Source: Octopus sinensis (lineage: Eukaryota). Taken from it: a DNA stretch of 64,000 bases. The notes below the pieces were generated by a model. That model did no database searches, was not told where the DNA came from, and worked only from the letters and a program-made list of their open reading frames with translations. The position numbers and the translations under genes were made by a program. Of this stretch, positions 56,033 through 64,000 are shown in pieces (positions within the stretch are counted from its first letter, which is position 1; every line of letters starts with the position of its first letter). The stretch is from contig NW_021834228.1 in the NCBI RefSeq assembly GCF_006345805.1, positions 1 to 64,000 on the forward strand, in the 5' to 3' direction.

Positions 56033-56549
56033 ATTGTTAGATATAAGCGCAGGCGTTGCTGTGTGAAGTTTCTCCCTATCACGTGGCTCTGAGTTCAGTC
56101 CTACTCAATGAAATATTGGGCAACTGCTTTCAACTATAATCTCGGAACAACCAAACTCAATGTAACCTGTCGTAAATATGTGTGTGCGTTTGCGTGCGTG
56201 TGTGCGCGCGCGTGTATGCATATATATGGTGTGGGATGAGAATCTATGGAAAGGAATCCCATAGAAACTCAACGAAGAGTTAAAGATGGAGAAGACGTTA
56301 AAATTTTAAAATCTTTTTCAAAATTTTACAAGTCCTCACTCCATCTTCGACACTTCATTGAATTTCTATGGATACCTATCCATAAATACTCATCCCATAC
56401 TGTATACATGTAATAATTAGATACGTGCATAAATCTTCTCGTCAGTAAACTACCAACGAAATATGAAGAATCTTTGTTAAAAATCGCCATTTTGGAAACC
56501 TCCAAATTGAAGCATGAAACAGAAATCAACACACGCGCGAACAAACAAA

Positions 56550-56605
<56 letters not shown>

Positions 56606-56629
56606 CATATATATATATTATATATATAT

Positions 56630-56694
<65 letters not shown>

Positions 56695-56768
56695 ATACAC
56701 ACATATATTATATATATATATTTATATATATATATATATATATGTCTGTGTGTGTGTGTGTCTGTGTG

Positions 56769-57160
56769 TGTGGAGGCGCAATGGCCAAGTGGTTAGAGCA
56801 GTGAACTCGCGGTCGTAGGATCGCGATTTCGATTCCCAGACCGGGCGTTTTGAGTGTTTATTGAGTGAAAACAGTTTGAACCAGTGATACCTACACAATA
56901 TTTCTCTATCTATTATTTCCCTCTTTCTCTCCCAAATTTTTTCTCTCAGTCCCTTCTGTGGAGGAGTGTAAGCTCGAAACTTAAAAGTGTTTTTCCATAC
57001 TTCCTGGGCATCAACTATTACGCCTGTTGTGAAGTGTATTGCAAACGGCCACATGGTAGGATACGTGCCAGTATTTGAACGTATGATATCTTTATATATA
57101 AAAGAGAGGTTGTGTGTCTGCTATACTCTTTCGCCACAACTTTCTCTCACTTTAAAGACT
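56769..57160 (+). mobile_element. SINE family C split by a pLTR-like insertion
   Basis: Intact head 56769-56872; body resumes at ~57118 (ctgctatactctttcgccacaactttctctcac); 56890-57030 is homologous to 58985-59125. Confidence 0.75.
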
Positions 57161-57539
57161 AAAACAATGCGAAGCACATTGTGACCAACGATGTGTAGCA
57201 ACATCTGATAGCCTGGTCGGTCATGGTGATCACGGTGATATATATAGAGAGAGAGACAGATAGACTGACAGGGATAGCGGCTAGGGTATTGCACTTACGA
57301 TTGTGAGATCGTGGGTTCGATTCCCAGACCATTTGTTGCATTGTGTTCTTGAGAAATGCACTTCATTTTACGCGGTTCTGTCATTATCTCATCATTTGAC
57401 AATGTGGCACACGGCAATGTCGATTTAATGGAGGAATTGAGCATATGTGAACACAAATATTTGATCCCTATAAATAAATCACCTGTGTGGTTGTTCGGCT
57501 AGCAATTCCAAACCCTCATAAGTCGTCTAACGACGGGAC

Positions 57540-57690
57540 AAAAGCGGCGAGCTGGGAGAATCGTGAACACGCCGCTTTGCAGTATTTCGTTTGACGTTAC
57601 ATTCTGAGTTCAAATTCCGCCGAGGTCGACTTATCCTTTCAACCTTTCGGGGTCGATTAAATAAGTACTAGTTACGCACTGGGGTCGATC
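57540..57690 (+). mobile_element. SINE family D, 3' truncated
   Basis: aaagcggcgagctgggagaatcg...gagttcaaattccgccgaggtcgac...cactggggtcgat. Confidence 0.85.
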
Positions 57691-57860
57691 ACATATATAT
57701 ATTGCCGATTTATTGTCGATTGATTTTTTCCTTTGTGGTAGCACATTGCTCCTGGCTGTTTATATTACATTTTAGTACATATGTATATTTATAAACAGAG
57801 AGAAAGAAAAAAACAGAGATAGAAAGAGGTAGATAGATAGATATACAGATGTACAACTAC

Positions 57861-57905
<45 letters not shown>

Positions 57906-58381
57906 CGCGCGCGCACACATACAGACACACACACCAGAATAGGTGAGAGTTATAGATTACAGTAACAATGAAAGTCGAGTGATATACCATGGAAATGATA
58001 TTCCCGTTTGATATAAGAAGCCCGATAAGCAAATATATCCTGGAATGTCATTTTGAGTTCTTTTATAAAATTCAAGAATTTGTACGATTTCAATAGATAT
58101 AACGGGCTTGTCTTTAAATTTCGAGCAAATCTTATCTTGTGTGCCATTGCATGAATTTACACCTATTCACTGATGTGTATAAATATATACATACACACAC
58201 ACACACACATATATATATAAATATGTGTGTGTGTGTGTGTATATGTGCGTGTGTGTATGTATGCATGTGAGTGTGCTTCTGTATATATTTCAATTTTGCA
58301 TATATACAAAAATATATACATATATATATATGTGTATATATACGTATATGTAAATATATATATATATATGTGTGTATATAT

Positions 58382-58427
<46 letters not shown>

Positions 58428-58476
58428 ATATATATATTATATATATAGTATGTATATATATATTATATATATATAT

Positions 58477-58556
<80 letters not shown>

Positions 58557-59958
58557 GATGTATATATATACAGTCATATGCTATAGCTGAATGCAATTTT
58601 TTTTGAGCGATGATTCATTGTGCTGCAAGATTCCTCGTGTAGCAAAGTATGGAAAATATTACCCCCTGAATAGAATTCAGACTCCTTGACGGAGAGGACA
58701 CTTTCCAGAATCGTAGTTCGTTAATACTTAAAGGCCCTTGGGTGTAAATAAAGTCTTGTCTGAAAATTCAACCAACTCAGAAAACAATATGTTAATATGA
58801 AAAATATTTGTCTCGTCCATATGCCCTCTGGTGCACACTGTGGTTTCTACTCATACGAACAGAAACACGCATACATACACACACGCAGCTCTTGCGCGCA
58901 CTAGTTTAGCCGGAACACTGCTAATATCTTCCCTTCATTCAGCCTTCTTCTTCCGATCGATCATTTCATCATCTTGATCCATTAATATCTACACTATTTT
59001 TCTCTATCGATTATTTCCCTCCTTCTCTCCCAAATTTTTCCTCTCACACCTTTCTGTGACAGAGCGGAGGCTCGAAGCTTAAAACAGTTTTTCCATACTC
59101 TCCGAGCATTAACTAATACCCCTGGTTGTGGCTTCCTCAACTGTCATTGTGTTTTGTTTTCTGCAAATTTGAACCATATATAACTAGGTGTCCAGAAGTG
59201 AGGAAGGGCAAGCCCCTGATATCAGCTGCGGTTCCACCGGTCCTGTCAACGTTGGATGGGAGTTTCTCCCCTTTTTACAATATAGCGGGAGAAATATCGT
59301 CTCGTTAACCAACTGGATGAGATATCCACCAGGGTGTGGGACAACCACGTTGTCTTAGTAACATCTTTTACTTTTTATTATACTTTATATATATTTTATT
59401 ATACTTTATATATATATATATTAGTGTGTTTCTGTGTGTCCCTATGAGTTAGATGTTAAGTAACCATGTAAGGGATAATAAATATCCAGTATACTACTGG
59501 ATGTATAGCTACGTATATACATCCAAGTGATTACTATTTCAAGACAATATCACAGTTGTCTACTAGGTATGGGTGTGGTAAAACAAAAATGTACCAAGAA
59601 TATATAAGGTAAATATCAAAATGGAGATGATAAACAATCGACATACATCAGCCTCGAAACATTCAATTATATCTAATTATTAATTGATTACAATCATATG
59701 TGTAAGTGATCCTAATAAACGAATGAATTATGCAAATAAATGATTAAATAAATATATAAATAAAAATTAAAGAATAAGAAAAGATTAGTGTACAATTACT
59801 AAACTCTTTCAAATATCATCGTCCACTTCGAATGTTTCCTACAGTCTGTTATTTATTTGAAGTTGCTCCGTAGTCGAGAGCTGAAATTTATGCATTCTCA
59901 CCTCATCGATGTTTCGCTGTTTCGCTTTCAATTCACGATACGGCAGCGGGTAGTGAGA

Positions 59959-60138
59959 GGTATATCCTCTATCAATCTACTGTCCCCTAGATTTCGCTGA
60001 ACAGCCTGGAAAAATCTTGTGAATATGTATTGCCTAAGGCCACATGGTATATTCTCCATCAATCTATTGTCCCCTAGACTTGGCTAAATAGCCTGGAAAA
60101 ATCTTGTTGTGAAGTTTATTGCCTAAGGCCACATGGTA
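59959..60138. repeat. Tandem repeat, 2 x ~87-90 bp
   Basis: atcaatcta(c/t)tgtcccctaga...gcctggaaaaatcttgt...ttgcctaaggccacatggta twice; the 3' flank also matches 57025-57088. Confidence 0.85.
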
Positions 60139-60739
60139 GGATTCGTGCCAGTATTTGAACGTATGATATAGTAAATATGAGTAGATCTCGCAAACTGTTC
60201 CACTACGTGTCTCCATCGTAGTATAGATGATGAGGAAGCATTTATGTATTGAAAGGTCTTGCCGTTACCCTTGTTTTTCACGAGAATGATGAGGTATGGG
60301 ATGAGAAGTTTAATAAACATGGAAGTTCGTTGTTCGGATTGCGACCAAGTCAATGAAGATGGCGGTGTTCATCATATCTATTGTTCATCATATCTGTGAA
60401 TATTATGATGTTCATTGAATATTTCTGATAAAGATCTTATTATTTGTGTTCATTAAAATCTAGTAATTGATAGGAATATATGAATACTGCTGATTACAGG
60501 AGGACATTTGTTTCGTAATAAATGTCTGTAAATTTCTACGCCAGACTAATTACTCTACATGATGGAGATTTTTTTTTTTTTGCTGTTGTTTTACATAAAA
60601 ATATTTTGTAGATGATGATGAGGAATATGAGGATGGAAATAGGGGAGGGGAAATGATGTTGTTGCCGGTGAGAGGGTACCGGCTATTATAACGGTTTTGA
60701 TTAATACCATGGACATTGCGAAAATGCAATTCATAAGCA

Positions 60740-60804
60740 CGATGATGATGAGGGTGGTGGTTGTGGTGGTCGTGGTCGTAGTGATGACGATGACTATGAT
60801 GAAT

Positions 60805-60844
<40 letters not shown>

Positions 60845-61085
60845 CAGTGGTGGTGGTGGTAATGATGATGATGATAATGATGATGATGATTATGGCAACA
60901 ACGACGACTATGAGGACGATGATTATGATGATGATGATGATGATGACGATGATGATTTTGATAAAGATCACGATGTCGACGACAAGGACGACAACGATGA
61001 TGATACTGATGATGATGACGACGACGACGACGACGATGATGATGATGATGATGAAGATGACGACGATTATGATGATCAATGCTGA
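60740..61085. repeat. (GAT)n/(GAC)/(GGT) degenerate trinucleotide array
   Basis: Direct reading; source of the poly-His and poly-Met ORFs. Confidence 0.95.
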
Positions 61086-61582
61086 TGTGGTTGCTTGTAT
61101 ATGTGTGTGTAATAGTGTACAAAGTTCTCATTTCTGCTCTTAATTTAATTTCAGCAATCGATACAAACACAACCTCCTCCAGATTAGCACAGGGTGTTTT
61201 GTATCGAAACAGAAATGTCTGTAGATTTCAATGCGATGCTATTTGCACTAATAAATACTTTTGTTGCTCAAATTATCTAATTTCAGCATTATTTGTATGA
61301 ATGGTTACAATTTTGTATCTCAATTCCAATTTCAATTTGACGAAACCTTCAATCATTTACGATAAAAAATTTTCCTTGTTTTATTCAAAGGAATGTGGCC
61401 CATGCTGGAGTAGTTCTTCCAATGATATTAGTCGATATCAGTAATCATTTTTAAGCGAGGTAGATTTTTCTGTCGGTATCTTATATCCGAACCGCTAATT
61501 TGTGGGGACGTACACCCGCCAACACCGGTTGACAAACGGTGGTAGGAGACATATATATATAGTTTGGTTTTATATTCCCTCA

Positions 61583-61613
<31 letters not shown>

Positions 61614-61706
61614 ATTATTATTATAATTGTTATTATCATTATTATTATTATTATTATCATTCAGTGTTTATTTTATTTTTTACAAAGGTATTACATATTT
61701 ATTATA

Positions 61707-61738
<32 letters not shown>

Positions 61739-61823
61739 TATTATTACTATTATTATTATCATTATTATTAGTATTATTATTATTATCATTATTATTATTA
61801 TTATTATTATTATATTATTATTA

Positions 61824-61849
<26 letters not shown>

Positions 61850-61854
<5 letters not shown>

Positions 61855-62326
61855 TAGTTTTATTTTATTTTTATAGCGTGCTTTCACTTCACTACCGAGC
61901 GCAGCTCTGTGTGCCTTGGGTATGTGCTGTGATTTGTTGTGATGCTCTGATGGTTATTGTATGGAAAGTGTTCTGCGTAGGATGTGTGCAGTGCCTAGTA
62001 GTGCAATTTTCTGTATGTTATATGTGTTTGTAAGTCCTGGTGTTTTGTTATGTATTTGTCTGAATATTTTTTTATCATGCCTATGCACCTACTATGATAG
62101 GAATTGTTCTGTTTTCAGATTCCACATTCTAGTTACCTCTATTTCCAGGTCTTGTATTTGAGAGTTTCTCCATTTCTTTTAGAGACACGTTGTCATCAGC
62201 CGGTATTGATACATCAATTAGAAAGCATTTTTTTTCTTCATGATCTCTGACAACTATATCTGGTCTGTTGGCCTTAATTTCTCTATCTGTGTGTATCGGC
62301 ATGTCTCAGAGTATGGTTGCTTTCTC
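61850..62326 (-). mobile_element. 5'-truncated RLE-type (R4/Dong-like) non-LTR retrotransposon inside (TAA)n
   Basis: Minus strand IHTDREIKANRPDIVVRDHEEKKCFLIDVSIPADDNVSLKEMEK.../IQKIALLGTAHILRRTLSIQ* (PD..D endonuclease motif) with frameshifts; stop at 61954-61956; (ATT)n on both sides. Confidence 0.88.
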
Positions 62327-62405
62327 GTTATTATTATTATTATCATTATTATTATTATTCATATTGTTGTTATTATTATTATTATCATTATTATTATTAT
62401 TATTA

Positions 62406-62441
<36 letters not shown>

Positions 62442-62607
62442 TATTATTATTATTATTATTGAAGGTTCCGTGCTGGTAGTGTCGTGAGCAAACCGGGCAA
62501 AATGCTGCGCAGTCTTCTGTCAGTAAGTAAGAAAAATTTGACGACTATATCCGTAACGTCACACCTACCTCGCATCCGTTCTCTAAAAAGAGCAACCTTA
62601 AAAATAT

Positions 62608-62772
62608 AGGCGCAGAAGTGGCTGTGTGGTAAGTAGCTTGTTTACCAACCACATGGTTCCGAGTTCAATCCCACTGAGTGGCATCTTGGGCAAGTGTCTT
62701 CTGCTATAGCCCCGGGCCGACCAATGCCTTGTGAGTGGATTTGGTAGACGGAAACTGAAGAAGCCTGTCCTA

Positions 62773-62818
<46 letters not shown>

Positions 62819-63037
62819 CGTGTGTGTGTTTGTGTGTCTGTGTTTGTCCACAATAGCATTGCTTGACAACCGATGCTGGTGTGTTTACGTCGCCGTCACT
62901 TAGCGGTTCGGCAAAATAGAACGATAGAATAAGTACTGGGCTTACAAAGAATAAGTCCCGGGGTCGATTTGCTCGACTAAAAGCGGTGCTCCGGCATGGC
63001 CGCAGTCAAATGACTGAAACAAGTAAAATAGTAAAAG
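62608..63037 (+). mobile_element. Full-length SINE family A
   Basis: Matches 41375-41800. Confidence 0.95.
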
Positions 63038-64000
63038 CGTATATCACTTCCAAAATCCACATGGTTGCTTCTAATGTTTCGAATACCAGGACGACTATAA
63101 CTAAAAAAGCCATAGGTACTTCTACGATCACTGACATAAATGACACCACGACAGTACATAATAAGGAGTGCTAACATCAAAAGTATTACTTCCTTTAGTA
63201 GCAGGGCAACATCCCCATCACTAGTCATTACTATTTTGCAAATATACGCAATCATAAAAAAAAAGAAGAATCCTTAAATATCTCGTTTGTAATGACAATG
63301 TAATATTGAGAATACATTGCTGAGAACTGCGGCAGCATCATCATTCACATTAAGAACAGCATTATCAACAGCCAGAAGGGTAATACAAATAAAAACCAGA
63401 ATAACACCCAACACAAACACTAACAGCAATGAACTACAAAACCGCTATGAATAAGAAACATACGGCTTCACTCCCAACGTCACATTCAGCTGAAATCTTC
63501 TCCTACCCAATACATCACCGCAGTCGAACAGCTCTCTTTTACTAGCGTTGCCAAAGGCAATGAAAAAGGATAAAGAAAAAGAAAAAGAACCGGACGACAA
63601 TAACAGGAAGAGGCGATGTACAAGCGGCGTTCTAAGCTTGTGTGACAGGAATAAATAGTTGAAGTCTTCGTTGTGATTGTAAAGAAAAAATAATCAACGG
63701 CCATATTGGCTTGTTGGCTTTCACTTGTAGATTAGATCCGTGTGTAGAATGAGTAGAATCAATGCCACAACTAAGAACGCGCATAAGTACGTATGAAGGT
63801 GTTATTGCAATGTGTATGCAATGTTTTGATGTATGTTCTCATTTCGCTTCTGCCATATATATCCGTCTGTATGCATATTGCGTATCCCTGTGTGTGTATG
63901 TATGTGTGTGTACTTGTATGTGTATGTGTGTGTAATGGCATAAGCATATGTAATTTTGTGTTTATTACATGTCTATTTCCGGGTAAGTTTGCTTTGCGTG

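Noticed and set aside
56769-56845. tRNA-like sequences here and at 28520-28592, 20860-20945 and 41375-41435
   Set aside because: A and B boxes are present but there is no complete acceptor stem, and each continues into a SINE body.
63486-63704. Short ORFs near the window end
   Set aside because: No recognisable domain or convincing splice donor.

Overview
Eukaryotic, very AT-rich, repeat-saturated DNA with dense (TA)n, (TATC)n, (TG)n and trinucleotide arrays. The SINE families and microsatellite density resemble an Octopus genome (inference from remembered repeat families, not a database search). Nearly all ORFs in the supplied track are microsatellite artefacts. Supported content: three or four tRNA-derived SINE families, including a 184-bp-period tandem/nested array at 19.6-21.2 kb; CR1-type LINE remnants; an RLE-type (R4/Dong-like) LINE 3' end inside (TAA)n; an internally deleted mariner; several MITE-like TIR elements; and two ~1-kb tandem duplications bounded by (TA)n. 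The main signal is about a dozen minimal Type I hammerhead-ribozyme motifs from several unrelated Penelope-like pLTR families. Several sit in head-to-head fold-back elements (1-57, 17.3 kb, 33.8 kb, 35.3 kb, 44.1 kb). A second, tentative signal is a phase-compatible chain of 7-8 short plus-strand exons across 52 kb that translates without stops.
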